Assembly (NCBI RefSeq): GCF_001194135.2
Contig: NC_068987.1
Coordinates: 5,812,718-5,876,717 of the forward strand
Source of the DNA: Octopus bimaculoides
Lineage: Eukaryota
DNA: 64,000 bases
Reading direction: 5' to 3'
Shown here: in pieces, positions 11,087-23,337 of the stretch
Position numbering within the stretch: position 1 is the first letter of the stretch
How the letters are laid out: every line of letters begins with the position of its first letter
The notes under the pieces: generated by a model
Told to the model about the DNA's origin: nothing
What the model saw: the letters and a program-made list of their open reading frames with translations, nothing else
Database searches by the model: none
Translations under genes and position numbers: made by a program

Positions 11087-13176
11087 CGCAGTCAAATGAC
11101 TGAAACAATTAAAAGAATAAAAGAAAATGCTGTCTATGTACTATTTATTAAGACTAAGATTTTGGAGATAAGGATTTTGCTAAATTTTGGGTTTATCATT
11201 CATTATAAGGAGCAATATTTACATGTTGCTATTTCTATTTTTTTCTTTTTTGTGGCGATGGGAATTAATTACCTGGTAAAATTTGGAAGTATCTCGCCAA
11301 AATAAGCACTGATTTGGCGTTGCTAGGTTTTCTTCAAGACGTCAGATGTTTTGCTATTTTGGTGTCATACTGGAGTCTAATAAGGACTGCGCTGAAATTT
11401 AGCATTTTTGGAATATATTTGTTATATCTGCGTTGGATTTTAAAGTATTTCTTAGAATATTTTCATCTGTTAATTACAAAAGGTTGATTCACTTTTAATT
11501 AAACTTGTGGCATCTTTACGTCATCACTAGATGTCGTGTTAATATCGTGTTGCTTTCGTTTTATGTTTTATCCTAATTGTTTTCATCGACTTATTATATT
11601 AGTTTATTATAAACAAAGTCTTAATTGTATCATTATTATTTTGTTCAAAGGGATTGTGAAGCTTTATATAGAAAGGTTTTCGATAACAGATGCTATTTAA
11701 ATGGAATTTTAGCAAGGTGATTAAGATATTAATTCTTTTAATAAAACACGCTCCCAATAATTACATTGGTTAATAAGATTCATTTTTTCTTTTGAATCGT
11801 AAACGAAACCAGTCGAGTTTTACTAATTCTCGTTTGATGATTAGAAAATTAAGCTCATAATTCAAGCTTAGCTTAAAATCTGGTGTTTGAAAGTTATGCC
11901 TCTTCTCACTTTTTCAATAAATGTATCACAGTGTAGGAAGTATTGATTACATCGTATATTACTCGCATTGCGTTATCTCAATACAATGTATTGACCACGA
12001 TGTAGTGCACAATTATTGCACCATCTAAATATGCATAATAAGATACGTAGGCCTGCATAAAAGTTATTGCATATCTTCTCATTTGAAGCTGTGTGATTAG
12101 TTTAACTATTGTCGAAGCACCTCTTTCGTCGTCGAATATTGCAATTGGTTATCAGATTTCTTTCATACAAAGTGCAAGAGGTATTTCGGGAACATATTTG
12201 GTAATTTAATGACAGGCTCAAATCTTGTAAAAACCTAATGTAATTTAATATAAATTTGTGCACATGTTATCGATAAGCTTCCTCAGAAGAAATCTATCTT
12301 CAGTGATTGGAAATTTCTAATTCGCAGCGTTCTGCTAGTATAGCAACAACGACTGCATATCTTTTCATTTACTGTGTTAGAATTTCATCTGCAACGAGGG
12401 ATCTGAAATAAATAAATATTAATAGGTTTAAAGAGTGTAATATAATGATACGTAAGTGTCCTCAAGCGTCCCTCGCATCCTGTATGTAAAACGCTTCGTA
12501 ATCGCATAAATTCTTTTCATGATTTTTTATATAATTAATACCTAAATTACAAAAATGTGAAATTACCCAGGAATTTAGGGAAGCATACCATCCATGATTT
12601 GCTAGCAAGAAAAGGGATCAATGAAAAATCTAGGCACCGTCTTTATCGCAGTTCAATTTAAGGTTGTTTAACAGTAGGGACAAATGTCCGAGGGAAGCGA
12701 ATACTTTTTGCTTACATATCGTATGGAACCCCCTCCCCACCACACATATGTATTCGACTGAGTGGACAAACGAAAGGAGGGAACTCAACCAATTTATGGG
12801 AGTTACATGTAAGGATCAGAACAGTTTCATTCAAACTCTTTGGTACTCTTCAGTTTCAAGCGTGAAGCAAATCATCAGCTATTTTAATGACTAGCATCAA
12901 GCTTGAAACACAAGAGTACCATCGAATTTGAATCAAACTGTTTTGATCCATATATATATATATATATAAGGTTTAGATTTAGATTCAAAATAGAATATGG
13001 TACTTATGTTTAGGCACCAGAATATAGTATGGTATTATACAAAAACCATTCCAAAGACGAGGTGATCAAAAAATCANNNNNNNNNNGTAATGCTCGCATT
13101 ACTTAGATAAATGGAGTAGCATGAAACGTGCGTACTGCAATCATCTTTAAAATCCGTGTTGCTTATTTTGATTTTT

Positions 13177-13215
<39 letters not shown>

Positions 13216-13216
<1 letters not shown>

Positions 13217-13450
13217 TAGTATTTTATAAGCTTAAAACTTATAAGCGATCACCGCGCAATGATTAAAGGAAATAGTGTAATGATGGGTCATATAAGCCCT
13301 CGACAGAAGAAAGTAGGTTTTTACCGTACGCGTGGGACTCGTACCACACCACTTTGTTTCCGCGACCAATTTATACTACTGTTACACCAACGCACAAACC
13401 TGCTTCTTTCGCAGTGATCGTTTATAAGCTTTGGGCTTTTAAAATACTAT
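13216..13450 (-). mobile_element. Foldback element with about 41-bp inverted arms enclosing a tRNA-like sequence
   Basis: 13216-13256 is the reverse complement of 13410-13450 (6 mismatches). The interior on the minus strand reads tgcgttggtgtaacagtagta...ggtacgagtcccacgc and is homologous to 29600-29830. Confidence 0.65.
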
Positions 13451-13689
13451 TATTATTATTTACAGAACTGGAAAATCGACGCTGCGTAGCAAAACTATCG
13501 CAGTAAAAGCGCGTGAAAGCTTGTTTACAAAAACAACTACTAAATAATCATAGTTCTTAGATCTGACAGAAAGAAGTAGGTTTGTACATATATGTATGGA
13601 TATATGCATATATTTATATATTATTTATGTTATTATATGATCGAACGCTACGCACTGTCTCCAAGTAAGTTTTTTATATATATATACAA

Positions 13690-13810
13690 ACAGCTTCTTC
13701 AAGTTTCCATCTACCAAAATCCGCTAGCGAAGCTTTAATCAGCCCGACGCTATAGTAGAAGACATTTGCACAAGGTGCCACGCACTGGAACCGTGTGGAA
13801 CTGGAGCAAA
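13690..13810 (-). mobile_element. SINE family A, partial degraded copy
   Basis: tttccatctaccaaaatcc...ctatagtagaagacatttgcacaaggtgccacgcactggaacc. Confidence 0.75.
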
Positions 13811-13860
13811 CTTTTTGCAACTCAAGTAGCAAAATTTTGAAGTGAATCTATATAGCCTCA

Positions 13861-14700
13861 TGAAGTTTCTCAGAAAGAAATCAACGGTCTTGTGAGGGAT
13901 CGTTTTTGCCAGAAGTAAAATTAGAATTTCTCGCTTCAAGTCTGAAACGATGTAACTTTCTTGGTAACAATATCATGAATTCTTTCGAACACGTCAAAAC
14001 GGCCTTTTAAATTTCTGTATAAAAACAAGTTACTATTGGAAATAATGATATTAATGGCCTCATAGAAGCCGTCAATTTATATTACAACCCAACTGGAAGG
14101 ATGTTATCCATGGACTTTATAAATCTTAGCTTGGTTGCGTCTTTAATTGATCATTTGTTACTAGGGATTCATCTGCAGTATTCAACATGTATGAAAGATT
14201 TATGATATTAATGGCAAATGTGTTGCGATTTGAAAGTTATGGCCGTTTTGTTTTTTAACAGCAAGTTTATTATATTGTTATTTTTATATGAAATGGAGAG
14301 CCGTGCTATAACTTCACATTACATTTAAAAAGAAAAGCCAGAAAAATATTTCTTTAGCATAGAATTAAAAACCATCTTAATCTCTTGTTCAGCCTAAAAT
14401 AATATTGTCACTGTTGCGTATTAAGCTAAGACTAATAAGCAAAATCATGATTCAAATACTGCGGCTCTTCTGCATTTAAAAAAAATGAAAATTTAGCAAT
14501 TGAATGAATATCAAAGACATTTATTCCTAGCATCCAAAAACGTCTCAAAGACAACACATTTGATAACATTTTTGAAGGTATTAAAGATTGCATATAGGAA
14601 GCTTTGAAAATGGTTATAAATAATTTCCATGGAAATAAATGCTGTGAAATAATGAAAGACATTTTCAAGCTTTATATGAAAATGTGTTTCCTGACCACCA
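13861..14700 (+). pseudogene. Decayed DNA transposase, most similar from memory to the Chapaev3 (CMC) type
   Basis: Colinear motifs across frames: SQKEINGLVRD, PEVKLEFLASSLKRCNFL, NDINGLIEAVNLYYNPTGRMLSMDFINLSL, CDLKVMAVL, YEMESRAITSHY, SLVQPKIILSLLRIKLRL, RLKDNTFDNIFEG...EALKMVINNFHGNK. These match the order ELNDLVRD / E.LASRLK / CNDI.GL..YNP.EWRLFIDSSK.SL / GDLKV / EWDSRA..HY / PLHIKLGL / NFLGNK. Multiple stops are present. Confidence 0.75.
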
Positions 14701-14784
14701 AGTATTAGGAGGTAACAGGTCGATGAACATATATTTTCTGCATTGTTCTTTAGAAAGCGATGTTACCAAACATTAAAACTAAAC

Positions 14785-14850
14785 TGGCACTCCGTCGGTT
14801 ACGACGACGAGTGTTCCCGTTGTCCCGCTCAACGAAACAGCCTGATACTG
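14785..14850 (-). mobile_element. SINE family C, 3' tail fragment
   Basis: ggcactccgtcggttacgacgacgag matches 43856-43880. Confidence 0.65.
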
Positions 14851-14900
14851 ACTTGGAAATGGATATGCGTCACGTTCAATTAAATAATAAATAATACAAT

Positions 14901-14942
<42 letters not shown>

Positions 14943-15063
14943 TGAACGGTGCAAATAGCATGAAATACGTAAACAAACGAGGGTAAAACGAGTGAAATTC
15001 GTAAACAACGAGAAGAAAATGGAAAACAAGAACAAGTTAACACAGAGAAAGGACCCTCCATTA

Positions 15064-15468
15064 GATGTCGGCTGTCTATCTACTCCTCATTTCGAGTATT
15101 GAACAAAAATATGAGTCTTCAAAGATAGTTGCTCCCATAAATTCTAAAATAAAATTCAGGACTTATGGAGGGTCAAAGTTTGGAGCAAGAAAATGACAGT
15201 GGAGACATACAAGGAAATCGAAGGAAAACGACTATGGAGGGTCGTCAGATCAGAAAGAGACGAGAATAGTAAACGCTGACAGAAACTTTTTTTTTTTAAG
15301 TGAAAAGATAGAAGAGTGATAAAAATCATGTCCGTTCGTTTGAACGTCTGTGCAAGAAAAGGAAGATGGCCCTAAATTTTATTTTAGAATTTATGGGAGC
15401 AACTGTTTTTGAAGACTTATATTGTCGTTGAATCTTTGAAATAGAGGAGTAGATAGACAGACGACATC
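15064..15468. mobile_element. MITE with about 96-bp terminal inverted repeats
   Basis: gatgtcggctgtctatctactcctc...gttgctcccataaattctaaaataaaatt matches the reverse complement of aattttattttagaatttatgggagcaac...gaggagtagatagacagacgacatc. Confidence 0.85.
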
Positions 15469-15552
15469 TTGTGTAACATGTCCTGTTTTCCATTTTTCCA
15501 TTTGGTTACATATTTCACTCATTTTTCCTTGTTTGTATTTCATATTATTTGC

Positions 15553-15614
<62 letters not shown>

Positions 15615-16596
15615 TATTGTTTATGTTATATATATTATATTATTTATTATTTATTATATATATATATTTGTTGCCGCGATTTTAATGAGGGCTAAGTGTA
15701 GGTACTTTTAGTATAATGTAAACTTTGGAGGCTTCAATTTAATTAAATAAAACCGCTTCAACATTTCACCAAGCCATATATTATATTAAGATTATCGGCG
15801 AAACTTGCTTCGACCTGAACTAATGTTGTTATATTGATTATAAATTATTATCTAGACTCTTTCGACATAAAAACCTCAAACAGCTGAATACATTTAAGGT
15901 TGTTTGAAAATTTTAAAACGAGAATACATTAAAAGAATTGTTTTTGTTCTCTATAAGTTTATTTTCAGTCTCTATTTTCTGTTGTATTAATTATTATTAT
16001 TTTTATTTTTATTCGATGCCCCGTGTTTTTAAATTACTTTCAATCAATTTTAAAAGCTTTCTATTCAATGACGTTAAACCTAATTAACTATAAATTGCTA
16101 CAGAAAATTACACGCTACATCACTTTTTCTGTTGACTTGGAAACTGTATCACTGCGATAATTATTAGAATTTAGTTCTTGGAAGAAATTTGAGAAGTAAT
16201 ATTAAATAAGGTAAAAACAGCTTTATATCCTCTTCTTAGAATATTCATATAATGTCTGTTATTTTGAAAATAAAGTGTATGCATAAACTACCACCTAAAA
16301 CGCGGAAAAGAGAGACATTAATGATAAAAAAAAACGTAAAAAGGGAAATTATCAAAACGAATTTAGCCTCGCAAAGTATTTTATAACAGAATATTTGTTA
16401 CTATAACGACAACACGTAGTAACATTTGTCTGTTGTTTGTTTCTAAATATTGAAATCCACGAAGTCCCACGAAATCATCCTACTTATAGGAAGCTCTCGC
16501 AGAAAGAAAAAAAATCAATTTCCTGTGTTGATTGCCAAAGTGGGATGTATTTTCTTATAACTTAAAAGAAAAAAACAAACAAACGGATATTACTGC

Positions 16597-16617
16597 AGTA
16601 GCAGCAGCGGCATCAGC

Positions 16618-16678
<61 letters not shown>

Positions 16679-16790
16679 ACAGTAGTAGTAAAGGAGCTTC
16701 TGGTCGAGTTGTTACGGTGCTTGTCCAATGTGATTTCTATCCCTAGTATTGACACAGTGCAATAAAAAATACAATAACAACATTACTCTG

Positions 16791-16845
<55 letters not shown>

Positions 16846-16892
16846 AACTACTGCTGCTGCTGCTGCTGCTGCTACTGCTACTGCTGCTGCTG

Positions 16893-16924
<32 letters not shown>

Positions 16925-16935
16925 AATACTTCTAC
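16597..16935. repeat. (GTA)n/(GCA)n tract followed by complementary (CTA)n/(CTG)n tract
   Basis: Read directly from the sequence. Confidence 0.9.
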
Positions 16936-16964
16936 TGCAAATAATAATAATCTTCTTTACTATA

Positions 16965-17177
16965 GACACCCTAGTGTTTCACTGGTCCTTTATTTATCGA
17001 TTCTGAAAGGATGAAAGGCAAAGTCGACCTCTGTGGAATTTGAACTCAGAACGTAAAAAAACATACGAAATACCGCTGAGCACTTCGACCGAAGTGCTAG
17101 CGATTCCGCCAGTTCACTGCCTTAATAATAACAACAACAACAACAACAACAACAATAATAATAATAANNNNNNNNNN

Positions 17178-17217
<40 letters not shown>

Positions 17218-17425
17218 TTTTATTATAGGCTCAAGGCCTGAAATTTGGGTGAGGGGACTAGTCGATTACAATGAACCAAGTATGTAGCTTGTACTTATTT
17301 TATCGACCCCGAAAGGATGAAAGGCAACGTCAACCGCGGCGACATATGAACTCAGAACAAAAAGACAGACGAAATACCACTAACATTTCATCCAGCGTGT
17401 TTACAATTCTGCCAGCACGCCGCCT
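16965..17425 (-). mobile_element. Two SINE family B monomers (16965-17122, 17225-17425) separated by (AAT)n/(AAC)n
   Basis: gaaaggatgaaaggcaaagtcgacct...ggaatttgaactcagaacg is the reverse complement of the family B core. Confidence 0.85.
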
Positions 17426-19108
17426 TCATAATAATAATAATAATAACAATGGTTTCTAATTTAGGTACTGGACTAGTAATTCTGTTTACATATTCGACTA
17501 TTTGGTCATATGAAACATTAATTCCTGTAATTCATTTGTGTTATTCATTTTATTCTGATAAATCGCATTTTCATTATTATAACGAAACCGGATCTTTTTT
17601 GTTCCAGTTTGTTAAAAGCAATCTCCCGATTTTTACTTAATCCACAAATATCTTTAAAGTTAGTTTTCTTGCCATTCTAATCAATAAAATAATTATCTGA
17701 TTATGGCTATATTGACAGTAAACGCTCTAAAAATAACTATTTGCTTAGAGACACAGAGCCGGAGCGCATTGGCACTACATCGCTTTATGTATTTAGCTTC
17801 GGTTTATGTTATTAATGCTGAAAAACGGTGTTGCTGGATTAATTGCTGTAAGTGGCCGATCGCTTCTTTACTACGTTTCTCCAAGTCAATGAGAATCAAA
17901 TAGTACAAAGAACTGCATACATAAATCACTAGTGATTCGTATTTTCCTACCCATGCATATATATANNNNNNNNNNNNNNNNNNNNNNNNNNNNNNNNNNN
18001 NNNNNNNNNNNNNNNNNNNNNNNNNNNNNNNNNNNNNNNNNNNNNNNNNNNNNNNNNNNNNNNNNNNNNNNNNNNNNNNNNNNNNNNNNNNNNNNNNNNN
18101 NNNNNNNNNNNNNNNNNNNNNNNNNNNNNNNNNNNNNNNNNNNNNNNNNNNNNNNNNNNNNNNNNNNNNNNNNNNNNNNNNNNNNNNNNNNNNNNNNNNN
18201 NNNNNNNNNNNNNNNNNNNNNNNNNNNNNNNNNNNNNNNNNNNNNNNNNNNNNNNNNNNNNNNNNNNNNNNNNNNNNNNNNNNNNNNNNNNNNNNNNNNN
18301 NNNNNNNNNNNNNNNNNNNNNNNNNNNNNNNNNNNNNNNNNNNNNNNNNNNNNNNNNNNNNNNNNNNNNNNNNNNNNNNNNNNNNNNNNNNNNNNNNNNN
18401 NNNNNNNNNNNNNNNNNNNNNNNNNNNNNNNNNNNNNNNNNNNNNNNNNNNNNNNNNNNNNNNNNNNNNNNNNNNNNNNNNNNNNNNNNNNNNNNNNNNN
18501 NNNNNNNNNNAGAGAGAGAGAGAGAGAGAGAAAGAGGGAGGGGTAGATACAGAGCATTCGGATGCTTGTGTGTACGTGTGTACGTATATATTCTATCTGT
18601 GGAAAATAAATGCCATACTTTAGAGCAAGGGTGAAACTCTCGATTTTAAGCGTCCAAGACAAAGTTTTTTTTTTTTTTTTTATTCAGAAGAACATGAAAG
18701 AAAATAACAGAACTCCGTTCCCTCGCCTATATATTTGAAAGCATGTCCCTATGTCAGATAATCGATAACAATTTCTCATATGTTTGAGTGGTATAAAGTG
18801 AATTGCTAGAAATTCCATGATCAGATGCTGCCGAAAAATTGGGACACAGCAGTATCGATTTCTTAGGGAAGGGCTGAATGGTACTTGTGAAATTCTTGGA
18901 TATCTTTAAAGTTACAAACAAATAGATGTAACCTGAAATTGAAATCAGGTGAACGTTGCCTCCATGCTCCTTCAATCTAATTACTGATCGACACGCGAGC
19001 ACCGTTATCTGATTCTCTCTCATAAACTCATGGATACACTTCACGTGAGTGCGCGCGTGTATGACGGTATATATGTACACACACACACACATACATGTAT
19101 ATTATATA

Positions 19109-19144
<36 letters not shown>

Positions 19145-19154
19145 TGTATATATA

Positions 19155-19320
19155 GGCGCAGGAGTGGCTGTGTGGTAAGTAACTTGCTTACCAACCACAT
19201 GGTTCCAGGTTCATTCCCACTGCGTGGCACCTTGGGCAAGTGTCTTCTACTATAGCCTCGGGCCGACCAAAGACTTGTGAGTGGAATTGGTAGACGGAAA
19301 CTGAAAGAAGCCCGTCGTAT
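19155..19320 (+). mobile_element. SINE family A 5' half running into an assembly gap
   Basis: Near-identical to 10691-10855. Confidence 0.9.
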
Positions 19321-20128
19321 ATGTATATNNNNNNNNNNNNNNNNNNNNNNNNNNNNNNNNNNNNNNNNNNNNNNNNNNNNNNNNNNNNNNNNNNNNNNNN
19401 NNNNNNNNNNNNNNNNNNNNNNNNNNNNNNNNNNNNNNNNNNNNNNNNNNNNNNNNNNNNNNNNNNNNNNNNNNNNNNNNNNNNNNNNNNNNNNNNNNNN
19501 NNNNNNNNNNNNNNNNNNNNNNNNNNNNNNNNNNNNNNNNNNNNNNNNNNNNNNNNNNNNNNNNNNNNNNNNNNNNNNNNNNNNNNNNNNNNNNNNNNNN
19601 NNNNNNNNNNNNNNNNNNNNNNNNNNNNNNNNNNNNNNNNNNNNNNNNNNNNNNNNNNNNNNNNNNNNNNNNNNNNNNNNNNNNNNNNNNNNNNNNNNNN
19701 NNNNNNNNNNNNNNNNNNNNNNNNNNNNNNNNNNNNNNNNNNNNNNNNNNNNNNNNNNNNNNNNNNNNNNNNNNNNNNNNNNNNNNNNNNNNNNNNNNNN
19801 NNNNNNNNNNNNNNNNNNNNNNNNNNNNNNNNNNNNNNNNNNNNNNNNNNNNNNNNNNNNNNNNNNNNNNNNNNNNNNNNNNNNNNNNNNNNNNNNNNNN
19901 NNNNNNNNNNNNNNNNNNNNNNNNNNNNNNNNNNNNNNNNNNNNNNNNNNNNNNNNNNNNNNNNNNNNNNNNNNNNNNNNNNNNNNNNNNNNNNNNNNNN
20001 NNNNNNNNNNNNNNNNNNNNNNNNNNNNNNNNNNNNNNNNNNNNNNNNNNNNNNNNNNNNNNNNNNNNNNNNNNNNNNNNNNNNNNNNNNNNNNNNNNNN
20101 NNNNNNNNNATATATATATATATATACA

Positions 20129-20255
20129 TGACGGGCTTCTTTCAGTTTCCATCTACCAAATTCACTCTCACGGATTTGGTTTCGCCCGAGGTGTAAAAGA
20201 ACCCGATCCATGTGGTAGGAAAGCAAGCTCCTTACCACACAGCCACTCTTGCGCC
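20129..20255 (-). mobile_element. SINE family A 5' half with internal deletion
   Basis: acgggcttctttcagtttccatctaccaaa...ccacacagccactcttgcgcc. Confidence 0.8.
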
Positions 20256-21084
20256 TATATATTCCCGATTCCTGAATAAATCCTAATAGTTTTCGGAGCA
20301 CCCATATTTGGAAGTCAGAAATATTCTCAGACTCAAATGCTCGAAGGACAATACTTGAAGAAAGAAGACAATGAGGAAATCAGAGTTATGTACCTTATGC
20401 ATGTATGTATATATCCTATGTATGTATGTGTTTGTATGTATGTATGTATGTGTGTGTGTGTTTGTATGTATGTATGTATGTATGCATGCATGTGTGTATG
20501 TGTGTATGTATGCATATGTACATAGATATATAAGTTCGTCTCTGTGTGTATGTTGAGTGTATGTGTGTGTGTAAGGACATATGTAACCACAGCAACCAAT
20601 TTATTAAGAATGTTGAAACGAATTAATCGATAAGCATGTAAGAAATATCAGTGATGTGGAAAACCCACCAGCCTACTTTCAGCCTCCTGCCTCAAACACC
20701 GGCTCCCAACCACCACCCCCACCATCCACTATGAATAGGTCTCCTTAACGAAATATAATTGAATCTTTATTTTGCAAAGATAGGATTTATTTCAAGCATG
20801 AGTAACTGGTAAAAACATGTGAAACTAGATATTAGATTGGTTTCACGGAGCCAATTTTATCAGATCAAAGATCAATCAATGCCACACATAACAGATCAGA
20901 GAAGATCATTTCTCGTAGATTCATCCATAACATATGTCTTATTTATTTGTCATTCTGTTCAGTCATTGTTACATATAAAACGGAAAAAGAAAAATAAAGA
21001 ACATCAAATAATATTTATAAAGACGAAATGGAAACGAAAGTCACGGTTACAGGATCTTCAAACAATCTATACGTAAGAGCAGGT

Positions 21085-21264
21085 ATTGCTGGTTGAATGA
21101 GAAGCTCGCTTTGCAACCACGGGTTCATCCCTACTGCACAACACCGTGGGTATGTGTCTTATACTATTGCTCATGGGCCGGCTGATACTTTTTCAGTAGA
21201 TGAAGTAGGAAGAAATTGCGTGTTTATCGTGTCCATATCTATCTATCAACCTATCAATCTATCA

Positions 21265-21320
<56 letters not shown>

Positions 21321-21500
21321 GTCAGTCTGTCTGTTTGTCTACGTATCTATATGTCTGTCCGTCTGTCTGTCTGTCTGTCTGTCTATATACCTATCTACGA
21401 ATCTATTTCATGTCCACACACACAGACACTTACATATATTGCTTGACAACCGGTAGTAGTTAATTGCCGTACCTGTAACTTAGCGGTTCACGAAAATAAA
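21085..21500 (+). mobile_element. Degraded SINE family A with internal (CTAT)n
   Basis: The head gggttcatccctactgcacaacaccgtgggtatgtg and tail gcttgacaacc...gtaacttagcggttc are recognisable. Confidence 0.6.
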
Positions 21501-22052
21501 ACAATAGATACTAAGTAGATACTAAGTAGTGGAAGAAATGCTGATAGGCTACACTCAATTGCAACGATTATAATTTCTTTAATTAAGAAGAGCAAGAATT
21601 TTTCGAATTCGGACGTAATGAAAAGGATTGAGACCATCGTTGTGCCATTGGCTCAGGAAGACGTTCATGCAACCTATATAATCAATAAGGTAAAGCAATC
21701 TAGACTCTTTCTATGTAAACAATACTCGCAAAAGCGGATTCATTATTTATGCCAAGAGCTTACATTGACCAAATATTCAAATATCAACGTTGGATAAATA
21801 TTTTCAGAATTGAACGATAATAAATTGGTGGCGTCACAGAAACATGAAAATTAGTCATGTGACTACATTTAGCTGATATTATAAGAATCCATTCAGTGCT
21901 GTATGTACTGCAGGATGTACAACGGGCGATTATATAAGGTATTTCTTTTCAATATCGAATTAAATAACATCCAACATGGACGTAAAGTGTCGTCGTTGTC
22001 CAACAGGGACGTAAAGCGACGTCGTTGTGCGTGATATAGTAATCTGGTGAAA

Positions 22053-22483
22053 GACGGCGAGCTGGCAGAATCGTTAGCACGCCGGGCGAAATGCTTAGTG
22101 GTGTTTCGTCTGTCGTTACGTTCTGAGTTCAAATTCCGCCTAGGTCGACTTTGCCTTTCATCCTTTCGGGGTCAATAAATTAAGTATCAGTTACGCACTG
22201 GGGTCGATGTAATCGACTTAATCCGTTTGCCTGTCCTTGTTTGTCCCCTCTGTGTTTAACCCCTTGTGGGCAATAGAGAAATATGAAACGTTAGCACGCC
22301 GGGCGAAATGCTTAGCTGTATTTCCTCTGCGTTACGTTCTGAGTTAAAATTCCACCGAGGTTGACTTTGCCTTTCATCCTTTCGGGGTCGATAAATTAAG
22401 TACCAGTTGCATACTGGGTCGAGCTAATCGACTGGCCCCTCTCCCCCCAAAATTCAGACCTTGTGCCTAGAGTAGAAGAGAAT
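22053..22483 (+). mobile_element. SINE family B dimer (tRNA-like head plus central domain resembling Meta/Sauria-type SINE domain)
   Basis: Two monomers of gttagcacgccgggcgaaatgcttag...gttctgagttcaaattccgcc.aggtcgactttgcctttcatcctttcggggtc with different 3' ends. Confidence 0.9.
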
Positions 22484-22584
22484 ATAGTAGTCTGCTGAAT
22501 AATAACGACCCTCTAGTATACTGATTTGGAATTTCGGTACGAGGCACAATTTCTGGCTAGTGTGTGTGTGGGGGGGGGTATGAA

Positions 22585-22718
22585 GTTGATTACATCGTCC
22601 ACAGTGTTCCACCTTAAAAGGATGAAAGACAATATCGTTCTTGTGGAATTTGAATTCAGAAAGTAAATACAGACGAAATGCCGCTAAGCATTTTGCCCGG
22701 TGTGCCAACGATTCTGTC
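22585..22718 (-). mobile_element. SINE family B monomer
   Basis: aaaggatgaaagac...ggaatttgaattcagaa...gaaatgccgctaagcattttgcccgg. Confidence 0.8.
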
Positions 22719-23337
22719 ATGTCGTAACCTCCATCGACATGTTACTATACTGATACTTTTAATTACATGTAGAACTTACTGTTTATACAACGAATAAGAC
22801 AAAACCACTAAGACAAACAATTTTTATCTTTATATACAACAGTACTGTTTATACATTAGTCAAAAGAAAACAAATGGGACGATCAATATTTACAATCACA
22901 TATAAAATTTAATATTTATACAATGTTTAAATGAAAACAATTGGGACAACCGAAACTTAACGAAGAGTACTTTTGAATACAAATAAGTTTAAACGAATGA
23001 ACAAGCTTAAAATAAAACCTTAACTGTTTAAATAAAGTAAGCAAATCGTATGTGGTTAGGAAGATTTCACTGAGCAATGAAAATGATAATGAAATCTCTT
23101 AACATGAGATTGCTGCACTCGTTTAAAGAAAAATCTCTACGACTAACGTGGATTCGATGGTTGTGTTCTCTCAAAAATTGAACATGAAACAATGAGGCAT
23201 GTATGTGAATGTAAGCGTCGGAAATAATTAAAGAAGAAAAAAGTCAAAAAGAAAAGAAGAAGCTTGATTAATAAACAGTGCAGTGAAGGGTCAGATATAT
23301 ATTGGAGTGTAAGGAAATATCTAACACTCCCATTAAG

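Noticed and set aside
18754-18940. Open minus frame after a possible acceptor
   Set aside because: There is no donor or homology, and it is within chance expectation.
20617-20748. Short ORF with PPAY and a proline run (DVENPPAYFQPP...PPPPP)
   Set aside because: It has no start or good acceptor, and the Pro run derives from a (CCA)n repeat.
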